NCBI GenBank assembly: GCA_018401705.1
Contig: JAGYKL010000002.1
Span: 3,526-67,525 of the forward strand
Reading direction: 5' to 3'
Source of the DNA: Bacteroidia bacterium
GTDB lineage: Bacteria > Bacteroidota > Bacteroidia > M30B66
DNA length: 64,000 bases
Part shown: in pieces, positions 1 through 9,547 of the stretch
How the letters are laid out: each line of letters begins with the position of its first letter
Numbering within the stretch: position 1 is the first letter of the stretch
Notes under the pieces: generated by a model
What the model saw: the letters and a program-made list of their open reading frames with translations, nothing else
Told to the model about the DNA's origin: nothing
Databases searched by the model: none
Program-made: the position numbers and the translations under genes

Positions 1-128
1 TTCTTAATTCCAATGATTTAAGTTTCTCAAGGCTTAACCTACTCAAGGGAGGTTTAATTCCTGAAGATGAACTGAAAAAGAATAGACTCAAACATTTCAT
101 TGAGCCTTCGGAATTTGCAAAGCATGCA

Positions 129-1382
129 ATGAAAGGGCATACCAAAGCTTTAAAAAGAGCAGCAAAGACATTTATTGCTGAAAGAAATAAGAAAAACCTT
201 ATAGACAAAACAATTCAAATAAGCATATCCGACTGGTTATTACGGTTTAAGGGAATTGATGGTGTTATGGCTGATTCTTGCGTTGCTCATATATCAATTT
301 GGCCGGGCTGGAGCAATTACTTTTTCTGGGTCAATACACCTGAAGGCTTAAAGGAGTATGACCTTCAGATTACTTTCGGTAAGCCTACCAGATTAAGAAC
401 TCCGGCATTCTACCGCAATCAGTGGAAAGTTGATTATGTAAAAGAATCGCCCGGTGCAAGGGAATCTGTTATTCAACATTGCAAAGAGTCCAGAGAAAAT
501 CAAAAGATTGATACATACAATAACCTCATTCAATTCAGAATGGATGAGGGGCGTTTGAACTGGTCGGTTGTTGGTGCACCAAAGCACGAAGACAGCCAGT
601 TTGATTTGATTCGGGTAAAACTTATGCTTCAAAACCACGGTGACTCTGCCATGTTCGTGCGTTGGCCGGGGAATCAGAATTACGGTTTACCCCTCATTCG
701 GTTCAGGCTCGAAGAAGAGAAAACAGGAAAAAGGCATGAACAATCAACACGAGATTTTAATTTCCCAATTCAGAAGCCGGAACAACCTGAAAATCTTTTA
801 TTGGCAGCCGGGGAAACAGTTTCCCAGTGGTTCAGTGAGAATGATCCTTTTCAAGAGCATTCCGATGTAAGTGCTATTGCCAGGTTTTATGATGTTCCCG
901 AAGGAAGGTATCGATTAGTGGCTATTTACAAACCATATCCTGAAGCTGTTGAAGACAGCATTTGTTGGTTTCCTTCATTTGATAGTTTAAGTGCTTACGC
1001 AGGATATTTCTTTAATATTGAAAAGGAGCTTGTTGATTCATTTAAGGTGAAAGGTGAGATTTTGCATCCTTCGGGTGATTATGTAAATGAATATGATCAA
1101 AAAGGCTTTTATCATGCCATCATTCGTGTTGATTCTGGTGGAGAGAATTTCGGCATAAATGCCGGGATGGAAATAGCCTGGAAGATTCTCCTTCCTCCGG
1201 GAGTTTTAGCTGGTGATGAATTCAGACCTCCATTTACATATGAAATTTTGAAGCCTGGAGACCATGTAGAAGTAGATTTAATTTCCACCCGAAAGGGTGG
1301 AATGATTAATACAGATTTCGGAACATTCCGTCTTTATGGGACACCCTCACGAATTGATGTAGTTAAAATTCTAAAAGAATGA
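129..1382 (+). CDS. hypothetical protein, possibly truncated at its 5-prime end by the window edge
   Basis: 417-aa ORF from the track. The same frame has no stop codon from base 3 to 129, so the gene may begin upstream of the window. It has an internal duplicated motif (IWPGWSNY / RWPGNQNY). No family recognised. Confidence 0.6.
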   Translation: MKGHTKALKRAAKTFIAERNKKNLIDKTIQISISDWLLRFKGIDGVMADSCVAHISIWPGWSNYFFWVNTPEGLKEYDLQITFGKPTRLRTPAFYRNQWKVDYVKESPGARESVIQHCKESRENQKIDTYNNLIQFRMDEGRLNWSVVGAPKHEDSQFDLIRVKLMLQNHGDSAMFVRWPGNQNYGLPLIRFRLEEEKTGKRHEQSTRDFNFPIQKPEQPENLLLAAGETVSQWFSENDPFQEHSDVSAIARFYDVPEGRYRLVAIYKPYPEAVEDSICWFPSFDSLSAYAGYFFNIEKELVDSFKVKGEILHPSGDYVNEYDQKGFYHAIIRVDSGGENFGINAGMEIAWKILLPPGVLAGDEFRPPFTYEILKPGDHVEVDLISTRKGGMINTDFGTFRLYGTPSRIDVVKILKE

Positions 1383-1403
1383 AAAGCATCAGTAATTCAA
1401 GTG

Positions 1404-1901
1404 CTATTTATTTGTTTTTGTGGGACGCTTCAACTCATAAACTAGACAGGCAGTATCATCAAAAAGTCGCTCTTCGATAAATTGAAAGCCTAAACGCTCA
1501 TAAAATCTATGTGCTTTTTTGTTTGATTTTATAGGGTCAATTAATATTCTACTAACATCCGGGTTTTTGAAGCACCTTTCAATGGCAAGGTTCATCATCG
1601 TAGTTCCGTATCCTTTGTTTAGATTGTGTTCCTCGCCAATCCAAATGTCAATGGCTCTTTTGTTCTTCTCAAGCTCTCCCCAGTAATGGGTTTCTTCTTC
1701 AAAAGGGTCAATGATTTGGACAAAACCAATTGGCTTCCCATCAAGTTCAGCCATGAGTTGTTCCCGCCAGGGCGGATTTCGTTTTAGTTCAAATTCCCAT
1801 TTCCAATCATCATAAGGGTCACAATCAATTACATGCTGCTGTTTGTCCCAATGAAGTAATATATCTAAATCGGTTATGGACGCTAGTCTAAGCCTTATCA
1901 T
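1404..1901 (-). CDS. GNAT family N-acetyltransferase, AAC(6')-Ib-like (Acetyltransf_8 type)
   Basis: 165 aa. By eye it aligns with aminoglycoside 6'-N-acetyltransferase type Ib: LRL..DL..L..W, GKPIGFVQ, RAIDIW, NKGYGT, DP..SN..A.RFYE.LGF. Confidence 0.75.
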   Translation of the reverse strand: MIRLRLASITDLDILLHWDKQQHVIDCDPYDDWKWEFELKRNPPWREQLMAELDGKPIGFVQIIDPFEEETHYWGELEKNKRAIDIWIGEEHNLNKGYGTTMMNLAIERCFKNPDVSRILIDPIKSNKKAHRFYERLGFQFIEERLFDDTACLVYELKRPTKTNK

Positions 1902-2161
1902 ATGAAATAAAGATATAAGGTTTTACACTTTAAAACCCACATAAATTCCTAAGCTATTTTCGAAATATCTTCGACAATTTAGGATTATTATCTGCAAGTT
2001 TTGGCCAAGTTCAAATCATTTACTAATTGGTTAAACTAATCCCCTTAAAAACTTTGTATTATCCTGAAAATCAACTACCTTTAGGAGATGGTCGTTTGTA
2101 AAATTGCTTAAACTCAATAAGCAGGTCTTTGCTTTTTGAAATGAAGATGTCTAATAACACA

Positions 2162-2224
2162 GTAATGTGTAATACGTAATACGTAATACGTAATACGTAA
2201 TACTTAATACTTAATACTTAATAT
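2162..2224. repeat. 7-bp tandem repeat, about 9 units (GTAATGT, 5x GTAATAC, 2x TTAATAC, TTAATAT)
   Basis: Read directly from the sequence. It ends 15 bp upstream of the ATG at 2240. Confidence 0.95.
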
Positions 2225-2239
2225 TTAACCTATCCAAAT

Positions 2240-2800
2240 ATGAAACTGCATATTCAAAATATGGTAAGTCTTAGATGCAAGATGAAGGTGCGTTCAGAAT
2301 TGGATAAATTAGGAATAGCGTATAAATCAATAGAACTTGGAGAAGTACAATTAGCGGAGCCCATTACAGAGGAGATAAGAGAAGCTTTGAAAAAAGAACT
2401 TCATAAGTCAGGCTTAGAATTAATGGTCAATGTAAAAGCAATTCTTATTGAAAAGATTATCAATATAATTGTTGAAATGGTGCACTATTCTGAAGAAATA
2501 CCTAGAGTAAATTTCTCTGACTTTTTGAGTGAGAAACTCGGACAGGACTATCATAAGCTAGCTGAATTATTCTCAAGAACTAAAGGAATGACCATTGAGC
2601 ATTTCATAATCCTTCACAAAGTGGAGAGAATAAAGGAGCTTATAATTTATGATCAATTAAGCCTTACCGAAATTGCCTATAAGATGCATTACAGCAGCGT
2701 TGCACACATATCAAAGCAATTTAAGCAGGCAACAGGCTTAACTCCTACTTTTTTCAAAGAAATGGCATTAAGAGAAAGAAAAAATTTAGAGGATTTATAA
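2240..2800 (+). CDS. AraC family transcriptional regulator with an HMA-like N-terminal domain lacking the CxxC motif
   Basis: The C-terminal half carries an AraC-type HTH (LSLTEIAYKMHYSSVAHISKQFKQATGLTP). The N-terminus (MKLHIQNMVSLRCKMKV) resembles the heavy-metal-associated fold but has only one Cys. Confidence 0.8.
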   Translation: MKLHIQNMVSLRCKMKVRSELDKLGIAYKSIELGEVQLAEPITEEIREALKKELHKSGLELMVNVKAILIEKIINIIVEMVHYSEEIPRVNFSDFLSEKLGQDYHKLAELFSRTKGMTIEHFIILHKVERIKELIIYDQLSLTEIAYKMHYSSVAHISKQFKQATGLTPTFFKEMALRERKNLEDL

Positions 2801-2923
2801 TACTCTTTATAGCCTATCCACTTAATTGTATAACATTAAGTCCCTAAAGTATAACACCTTAGGCCTGGGTTAACCTCACCTTTGTACCATCGTGAAGCGT
2901 ATTTACGATGTAAAAAATACATT

Positions 2924-3361
2924 TTGAAAAAACCGATTAGAATATTGATTGCTTCTGTAATTATAGGGGCATTTTTTACAAGCTGTGCCACTTCCGCTGA
3001 AAAAGTAGATAATGCTGAAGAGGAAGTTACAGAAGCTAAAGAAGATTTAAATGAAGCTAACCAAACTTATATTAAAGACATGGAAGATTATAAAAAACAA
3101 ACAGAAAGTCAGATATCTGCAAACGAGAAAAGTATTGTAGAATTTAAAGCAAGAATTGCTGATCAGAAAGCAGATGCTAAGGCTGATTATGAAAAGCAAA
3201 TTGAGACTTTAAACGAGAAGAACTCAGACATGAAAAAGAAAATGGCTGATTTCAAAGCTGATAGCGAGAGCAGCTGGAATTCATTTAAAACAGAATTCAG
3301 TGAGGATATGACTAAGCTGGGAGATGCATTCAAGAATTTCACAGTAAAAGGTGATAAATGA
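2924..3361 (+). CDS. coiled-coil lipoprotein, hypothetical
   Basis: The track ORF starts at 2882. A TTG at 2924 gives MKKPIRILIASVIIGAFFTSC, a lipoprotein-type signal peptide. The rest is Lys/Glu/Asp-rich and repetitive helical sequence. Confidence 0.6.
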   Translation: MKKPIRILIASVIIGAFFTSCATSAEKVDNAEEEVTEAKEDLNEANQTYIKDMEDYKKQTESQISANEKSIVEFKARIADQKADAKADYEKQIETLNEKNSDMKKKMADFKADSESSWNSFKTEFSEDMTKLGDAFKNFTVKGDK

Positions 3362-3525
3362 GTGGCACTAACCTCAGCAGCGGGTATATACTTTACGTAT
3401 TAGCTGTTATCCTTGTAATAGCCTGGGCAATAGGTTTTTTAGGATATCATACTGGAGGCATTATACATATTCTTCTGGTGATTGCCATAATTGCTTTTTT
3501 ACTCCGAATAATTCGGGGTAAGTAA
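3358..3525 (+). CDS. lmo0937 family small membrane protein (55 aa), absent from the ORF track
   Basis: Hand translation gives MSGTNLSSGYILYVLAVILVIAWAIGFLGYHTGGIIHILLVIAIIAFLLRIIRGK. This matches the conserved pattern of the lmo0937 family (two TM helices, AWAIGF.GYH.GG.IH.LLVIAII..L.RII.G). Its ATG overlaps the upstream stop codon (ATGA). Confidence 0.8.
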   Translation: MSGTNLSSGYILYVLAVILVIAWAIGFLGYHTGGIIHILLVIAIIAFLLRIIRGK

Positions 3526-3542
3526 CTTAAATACAATTAATT

Positions 3543-4178
3543 ATGATTCAAAAAATATTATTAGCTAGTGCAATATGTTTAATAACAATTAGCACAGTAA
3601 AAGCTCAAGACGAAGACCGAAGAGAGAATTTCGAGTTTGGGGCAAGAGCAGGAATTAACTTCTCAAATGCTTGGGATGCAAAACAAGATGAGTTTAGAGC
3701 CGACACAAAAGCAGGATTTGCTGGTGGCGTGTTTCTAGGGATTCCAATTGGGAAGTTTTTGGGTGTTCAACCCGAGCTTTTAATTTCTCAAAAAGGCATT
3801 AAATCTTCAGGGATTCTCTTTGAACAAACTTATTCCAATACGAGAACTACAACTTATTTAGATATTCCATTGCAAGTGCAATTGAAACCAGCGCCATTTC
3901 TAACGCTCCTTGCAGGACCTCAATTTTCTTATCTCTTAAAGCAAAAAGATGAGTTTACCTTTGGGGTAAATAGTTCGGCACAAGAGCAAGAATTCAAAAA
4001 TGAAAATATTCGCAAAAATATTCTGGGTTTCACTGCCGGTGCCGATATCATTATTCAACATCTATTAATTTCAGGCAGAATAGGTTGGGATATGCAGAAC
4101 AACATTGGAGATGGAACTTCTACTACACCAAGGTACAAGAACCAGTGGCTTCAATTTACACTGGGTTATATAATTTAA
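3543..4178 (+). CDS. outer membrane beta-barrel (porin family) protein
   Basis: Signal peptide ending VKAQ, alternating amphipathic strands, and a C-terminal aromatic-rich strand (WLQFTLGYII). Confidence 0.7.
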   Translation: MIQKILLASAICLITISTVKAQDEDRRENFEFGARAGINFSNAWDAKQDEFRADTKAGFAGGVFLGIPIGKFLGVQPELLISQKGIKSSGILFEQTYSNTRTTTYLDIPLQVQLKPAPFLTLLAGPQFSYLLKQKDEFTFGVNSSAQEQEFKNENIRKNILGFTAGADIIIQHLLISGRIGWDMQNNIGDGTSTTPRYKNQWLQFTLGYII

Positions 4179-4250
4179 AGGAGATTAAGTCAGACTCATT
4201 CCGACTTATTTTAGTGAAATCAAAATATGCCTAAGTCCATATTTTGTTAA

Positions 4251-4280
4251 GCCTCAATGCATATTGCATTGAGGCTTTTT
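4251..4280 (+). terminator. rho-independent terminator
   Basis: Hairpin GCCTCAATGCA-TATT-GCATTGAGGC followed by TTTTT. Confidence 0.75.
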
Positions 4281-4354
4281 CTTGTACCATAATGCGCTTT
4301 CGCAATAGTTATTCTCTTGTGACGATAAGTAGTTCAAGTCTCCGACTTGATACC

Positions 4355-5450
4355 CTAATCCTTTGTTGAGCCGTACTCCATCAAATATGCTTTGATAAAA
4401 CCGTTCAGATCTCCATCCATAACACCTTGAACATCCGAAGTTTCTTTATCAGACCGAAGGTCTTTAACCAATTTATACGGATGAAATACATAGTTTCTGA
4501 TTTGAGAACCCCACTCTATCTTCTTTTTTGAACCTTCAATGGCATCGGTACTTTCCTGACGCTTTCTGAGTTCCATCTCGTAGAGCTGTGACTTAAGTAA
4601 TTGTAAGGCTTTGTCTTTGTTCTGAAGCTGTGAGCGACTTTCCTGATTCTTAATGATGATGCCGGTTGGCTTATGCGTAAGTCGAACAGCAGTTTCTACT
4701 TTATTTACATTCTGACCACCAGCACCACCTGCTCTAAAAGTATCCCACTCAATATCAGCTGGGTTAATTTTAATATCGATGGTATCATCAATCAAAGGAT
4801 ACGCATAAACGGAGCAGAAGGAAGTATGTCTTCTGGCATTTGAATCGAAAGGAGAAATCCTCACCAAACGATGCACTCCACTTTCGCCTTTAAGATAACC
4901 AAAGGCAAATTCACCATCAATCTGGATTGTGGCCGACTTAATGCCTGCCACATCACCTTCCTGAAAGTCAACTTCTGTAACCTTAAAACGGTTCTTTTCG
5001 GCCCACATTTTATACATGCGCAAGAGCATCGAAGCCCAATCGCAACTTTCTGTGCCGCCGGCACCAGAGTTTATAGTAAGTACGCAGCTCAGATTATCTT
5101 CCTTACCCGAAAGCATATTCTTAAACTCAAGATCTTCAAGATCATCAATGATTATCTTATACTGCTCGTCAAGTTCCTGCTCTGTGGCTCCATCTTCTTT
5201 AAAAAAATCCATGAGGACTTTTAAATCCTCAATGCCCGATTTTACCGTTTGCCAGGCATCGGTCCAGACTTTTTTATCTCTAATATTTTTGAGTTTCTTT
5301 TCAGCAAGTTCGGGCTCATCCCAAAATCCTGGAGCGGTAGTTTCACGCTCTTCTAACTCTATTTCTGATAGCTTCCGGTCGACGTCAAAGATGCCTCCTT
5401 AACGCATCCAGGCGATCATCCAGCGAAGTAATTTGGTCTTGTTGGATCAT
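4355..5450 (-). CDS. prfB: peptide chain release factor 2, requires a programmed +1 frameshift
   Basis: The track ORF 4355..5212 has the SPF and GGQ motifs but lacks the N-terminus. An ATG at 5450 opens a 21-codon frame ([21 protein letters not shown]) that ends at CTT TGA C. Shifting +1 continues as [13 protein letters not shown]... into the main ORF. The total is 364 aa. Confidence 0.95.
5384..5399 (-). promoter_or_regulatory. prfB autoregulatory +1 frameshift site (AGGAGG CAT CTT TGA C)
   Basis: An internal Shine-Dalgarno-like AGGAGG lies 3 nt upstream of the slippery CTT followed by an in-frame TGA C, as at the E. coli prfB site. Confidence 0.9.
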
Positions 5451-5557
5451 AGTGGCGGCAAATATAGAAAATAGCTCGATGGAAAAGCATGATAACCAAG
5501 TATGCCATATGAATTGTTTGGCATAAAGATGAAATCAGGTTTTTATTCTGCGTTTTT

Positions 5558-6919
5558 CTAAACAGTTGAGCTAAAGAGCTGCGTTTGAGGGAGGTTCCGC
5601 CACAGTCTAGCGTCGAACGACATACAGATATTTCTGATAAAGTTTTTACCTCTTTCTGTAACCTGAACTTCAAAAGGCTTTATAACTACTAAACCATCAT
5701 TAACTAGCTCAGAAAGTCTTTCCAAACCATCGTAAACTGCCTGGTTTTGCGTTGTTTCATCTTCCCACGAAGTGGAAAACCGGCACATCAGATTAGTTAT
5801 ATGCTTACGTATAATTAAATCTTCTTCATTGAGCATATGACCTTTGAAAAACGGCCACTCAGAATTATTTACCCGCTCAAGATATTCTTCGACTTTCTTT
5901 TCGTTTTGTACATAAGCCGTTTCACAGTCGCTGATGGATGATACGCCAAGACCAATGAGTAAACTTGTATGTCCTGCGGTATAACCCATGAAATTCCTAT
6001 GCAATTCGCCTTTCTCTTCGGCAATCATAAGGGCATCGCCAGGAAGGGCAAAGTGATCCATTCCAATTTCGCGATAACCAGCAAGTTCAAACATCGCTCT
6101 TCCTTTCTCATACATTGCTCGCTTTTCGTTAGCCTCAGGCAAATCCATTTTGGTGAATTTCCTTTGTCCGGGTTTCACCCAGGGAACATGTGCATATGAG
6201 TAAAAAGCAATTCTATCAGGCTTAAGACGAATTACCTCGCTTATGGTGCTTTCGATACTTTTTAGGGTTTGAAATGGAAGTCCATAAACCAAATCATAGT
6301 TCACCGATTCATAGCGGTATTTCCTTGATGCCTCAGTTACTTTTGCTACTTCATCAACTGTTTGGAAGCGATGAATAGCAGTTTGGACTTTTTCGTCAAA
6401 ATCCTGAATTCCAAAACTCACTCTGTTGAAGCCCAGTTCACTAAGAACTTTTAAGTGCTCATCGGAAGTATTTCCGGGATGACCTTCGAAACTTAAGGAT
6501 GCCTTACGACTAACTATTGCAGTTGAAGTAATGCCATCGATTAGGATTTTGAGGTTCTCAGGACTAAAGAAAGTTGGAGTTCCTCCGCCAAGATGAAGCT
6601 CTGCGATACGAGGCGTTTCGCCAAACACATCTAAATACATGCTCCATTCGTTAAGAATGCCCAAAATATATGGCCGTTCAACGAGATGATTTAGAGTAAT
6701 GCGTGTATTACATCCACAATATGTGCAAAGGCTTTCGCAATAAGGTAAATGAATGTATAGACTAATTCCTTCCTCTGAATTTGTGTTTAAGAATGTCTTT
6801 TTCACCCTTAATTTCCATTCGTTTTCAGAAGGCAAAGACTTATCCCAATATGGAACAGTTGGGTAACTTGTGTACCGGGGACCGGGAATAGTATATTTTT
6901 TAAGAAGATCAGTTCCCAT
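5558..6919 (-). CDS. hemN: oxygen-independent coproporphyrinogen III oxidase (radical SAM)
   Basis: 453 aa with the CxxxCxxC radical SAM motif (CESLCTYCGC) and HemN-like N- and C-terminal regions. It is the last gene of the cco cluster. Confidence 0.9.
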   Translation of the reverse strand: MGTDLLKKYTIPGPRYTSYPTVPYWDKSLPSENEWKLRVKKTFLNTNSEEGISLYIHLPYCESLCTYCGCNTRITLNHLVERPYILGILNEWSMYLDVFGETPRIAELHLGGGTPTFFSPENLKILIDGITSTAIVSRKASLSFEGHPGNTSDEHLKVLSELGFNRVSFGIQDFDEKVQTAIHRFQTVDEVAKVTEASRKYRYESVNYDLVYGLPFQTLKSIESTISEVIRLKPDRIAFYSYAHVPWVKPGQRKFTKMDLPEANEKRAMYEKGRAMFELAGYREIGMDHFALPGDALMIAEEKGELHRNFMGYTAGHTSLLIGLGVSSISDCETAYVQNEKKVEEYLERVNNSEWPFFKGHMLNEEDLIIRKHITNLMCRFSTSWEDETTQNQAVYDGLERLSELVNDGLVVIKPFEVQVTERGKNFIRNICMSFDARLWRNLPQTQLFSSTV

Positions 6920-7652
6920 GTTCAGAATCTGAAGTAGGTTTATGACAACATGCGTGTTCGCTATTGGTTTGCTTAGACATAGAAGGACTCACATAGGGAA
7001 TGCCCAGACCTAAGCCTCTAAGAATAAGTAAACATGCCATAACACCTGCAACTACAGGAACATATTTTCTTACGGCGCTTCTAAATGAAGAAGATATTCC
7101 TGAAAAAAGGGTAACACTGAACATAGCAGGTAAAGTACCCAACCCGAACACTGCCATGAACAGTGCCCCTTTATAAACATCGCCTGTAGCCATAGCTCCG
7201 GCAAGCGCCATATAAACTAAACCACAAGGCAAAATTCCATTAAGCATTCCCGTAAAAAACAAGGCTGAATGAGAACGCTTTTGGAACAATTGAGCAAAAC
7301 CCGCTTTGATTTTCATTGTAAAACCAGCAGCAGAGGTGCTTAAATATTTTGATAATCCTGCCGCAGGCAGAAACAAGCCAATAAGAATAATTACACCCAG
7401 TGCAATTGATAAAGCTTGTTGATACCCTGCAAGCACTACACCCATTCCTAAAATGCCAAAAACAGCTCCAATTATGCTGTAAGTTAGTGCTCTACCAATA
7501 TGATATAACAGCAATCCACTTACTTTCCCTGCAGTATTCAAATGGTGAACCGGCAAGGCTAAAGCAATTGGTCCGCACATTCCCACGCAGTGGAAACTAC
7601 CTAAAACACCAAGACTTATAGCTGCGAGCAAGAATTCCATGTCAAATAGCAA
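6909..7652 (-). CDS. DsbD_2 / TauE-SafE-like membrane protein of the cbb3 cluster
   Basis: Polytopic membrane protein with the HCVGMCGP motif near the N-terminus and a Cys/His-rich tail (HACCHKPTSDSEHGN). Confidence 0.7.
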   Translation of the reverse strand: MLFDMEFLLAAISLGVLGSFHCVGMCGPIALALPVHHLNTAGKVSGLLLYHIGRALTYSIIGAVFGILGMGVVLAGYQQALSIALGVIILIGLFLPAAGLSKYLSTSAAGFTMKIKAGFAQLFQKRSHSALFFTGMLNGILPCGLVYMALAGAMATGDVYKGALFMAVFGLGTLPAMFSVTLFSGISSSFRSAVRKYVPVVAGVMACLLILRGLGLGIPYVSPSMSKQTNSEHACCHKPTSDSEHGN

Positions 7653-8100
7653 TCATAATTACACCTTCCTGATAATAGGTAGACTCTCCAGATCTCCAAT
7701 CGATTTTTAGTTTGTACATTCCTTCTGATAATCCTTCAGTAGAAATAACTTGCTTTCTGCTACTGTCAATCTCAATAGAAAACTCTCTGTCAGATTTATC
7801 ATCTGAAGGTTTAAACAAAGTGATATTTCCGCTCACGCTGGAAGGATCGAAACTTTCTGGAAGGTGAATCTCAATTGAGTTATTATTAACCTTCCATTCA
7901 ATAGCCCTTTCCAGGTCGCGAGCCCTGCTTGTCTTATCAATTTGCTGCTGATAAGCCAGTTCCTTTGCGTAATAGTCTGGTGTAACTAAATCTATCTTTT
8001 GCTTGAAGCTATGAACTACCAAGCCAATAATTGTCAATGCGAAAACACTATATACAATGGCGATTCCAGTTCCCCAACTCCATTTTAGTTTTGTTTTCAT
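7642..8100 (-). CDS. ccoH: FixH family protein (CcoH-like)
   Basis: 152 aa with a single N-terminal TM helix and the conserved VTPDYY motif. It sits between ccoG and the DsbD_2-like gene. Confidence 0.75.
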   Translation of the reverse strand: MKTKLKWSWGTGIAIVYSVFALTIIGLVVHSFKQKIDLVTPDYYAKELAYQQQIDKTSRARDLERAIEWKVNNNSIEIHLPESFDPSSVSGNITLFKPSDDKSDREFSIEIDSSRKQVISTEGLSEGMYKLKIDWRSGESTYYQEGVIMIAI

Positions 8101-8121
8101 GATTCTCGTATTTTGAATAAT

Positions 8122-9543
8122 TTACTTGGTTGGCCCTAAAAAGTTGGTGCTATAAGTTTCGAGCACTCTATCGCCAGAACTAACTGAGAATTTGATTTTG
8201 TTTTTTCTTCCCTCAAGATCTTTTCGGTGAATAACAACGAAAAACGTACCTTCTTCCATGCCATCTCTGCCAATGCTAAATGAGCTTTTGCGATTACCTA
8301 TGTTCTTTACCTGAGCAGGGAAGTTTTCTATCTTCAATTCGATAGGAAGTTCTTCTCTAGACTTATTAACTATTTTGAAATTGTACAAATTAGAAATACT
8401 GTCTTGACCAACCTCTTGATATAAAGTGCCGGGTGCTCTTAGAATTGTAATTTCTGCAATACTTCTATTTCCTATTCCGAACCCTAAACCAATAATTAAT
8501 GCCCCCAAGACAAGCGAATAGCCAATCATTCTGGTTGTAATCTTAAGTTTTTGGCCTAATGCGATACCATTTTCAGAGTCATACCTAATGAGTCCTCTGG
8601 GTTTTTCAACCTTATCCATAATTTCATCGCAAGCGTCAATACATGCAGTGCAATTAACACATTCGAGCTGAGTTCCGTTTCTGATATCAATTCCAGTTGG
8701 ACAAACTCTTACACAAGCTCCACAGTCGATACAATCGCCAAGGGCTGAATCATCATGTCCTTTTTTGTGCTTGCCACGAGGCTCTCCACGAACATAGTCG
8801 TAAGCCACAACGATAGAGTTTTTATCGAGCAAAACACCTTGCAATCGGCCGTAAGGGCAAACTACCAAACAAACCTGCTCTCTAAACCAGCTGTAAACAA
8901 AGAAGAAAGCTCCTGTAAAGGCCGAAATAGCTACAAAACCGCCTAAATGCTGACTAACAGGTTCTGTTACTATTTTTAAAAGTTCATCCATGCCTATTAT
9001 ATAGGCAAGGAAGAAGTTTGCGATAAGAAATGAAATAGCCAGAAAAATGGAATGTTTAGCAGCTCTTTTCAATATCTTCTCCTTGGTCCAAGGTGATGCT
9101 TTTAGTCTTCGTTGGGCATTTGCATCGCCATCTATCCAGTATTCTATTTTACGGAACACCATTTCCATAAAGATAGTTTGAGGACAAGCCCAACCGCAGA
9201 ATAACCTTCCAAATATTGCAGTAAACAAGACAATGAAAACCATAAAGGTTAGCATGGCAACTGCAAACAGGAATAAATCCTGTGGAAAGAAAACGATTCC
9301 AAAAATGATAAACTTACGTTCAACAATATTTAGAAGCACTAAAGGATCGCCGTTTATTTTTATAAATGGGATGGTAAAAAACAACACCAAGTAGATGATA
9401 CTTGCAATTGTTCTTTTATTGTAGAAATTCCCTTTAGGCTTTGTAGGGAAAAGAAAATTCCTTTTCCCATCCTCAGCAATTGTATTTATTGAATCTCTGA
9501 AAGATTCATCCTGCACATATTCATTCTCACCCTCGGTTTTCAT
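8122..9543 (-). CDS. ccoG: cytochrome c oxidase accessory protein CcoG/FixG (4Fe-4S ferredoxin-type)
   Basis: 473 aa with TM helices and two ferredoxin Cys clusters (CIDCGACVRVCP, CVNCTACIDAC). Confidence 0.9.
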   Translation of the reverse strand: MKTEGENEYVQDESFRDSINTIAEDGKRNFLFPTKPKGNFYNKRTIASIIYLVLFFTIPFIKINGDPLVLLNIVERKFIIFGIVFFPQDLFLFAVAMLTFMVFIVLFTAIFGRLFCGWACPQTIFMEMVFRKIEYWIDGDANAQRRLKASPWTKEKILKRAAKHSIFLAISFLIANFFLAYIIGMDELLKIVTEPVSQHLGGFVAISAFTGAFFFVYSWFREQVCLVVCPYGRLQGVLLDKNSIVVAYDYVRGEPRGKHKKGHDDSALGDCIDCGACVRVCPTGIDIRNGTQLECVNCTACIDACDEIMDKVEKPRGLIRYDSENGIALGQKLKITTRMIGYSLVLGALIIGLGFGIGNRSIAEITILRAPGTLYQEVGQDSISNLYNFKIVNKSREELPIELKIENFPAQVKNIGNRKSSFSIGRDGMEEGTFFVVIHRKDLEGRKNKIKFSVSSGDRVLETYSTNFLGPTK

Positions 9544-9547
9544 CTTT

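Noticed and set aside
4861-5673. Track ORFs 4861..5064(-), 4871..5224(+), 5016..5402(+) and 5416..5673(-) around prfB.
   Set aside because: They overlap prfB in other frames or antisense, or overlap its frameshift leader and the hemN 3-prime end. Their composition is low-complexity (Ser/Leu/Arg-rich), typical of shadow ORFs, and the prfB reading explains the region fully.
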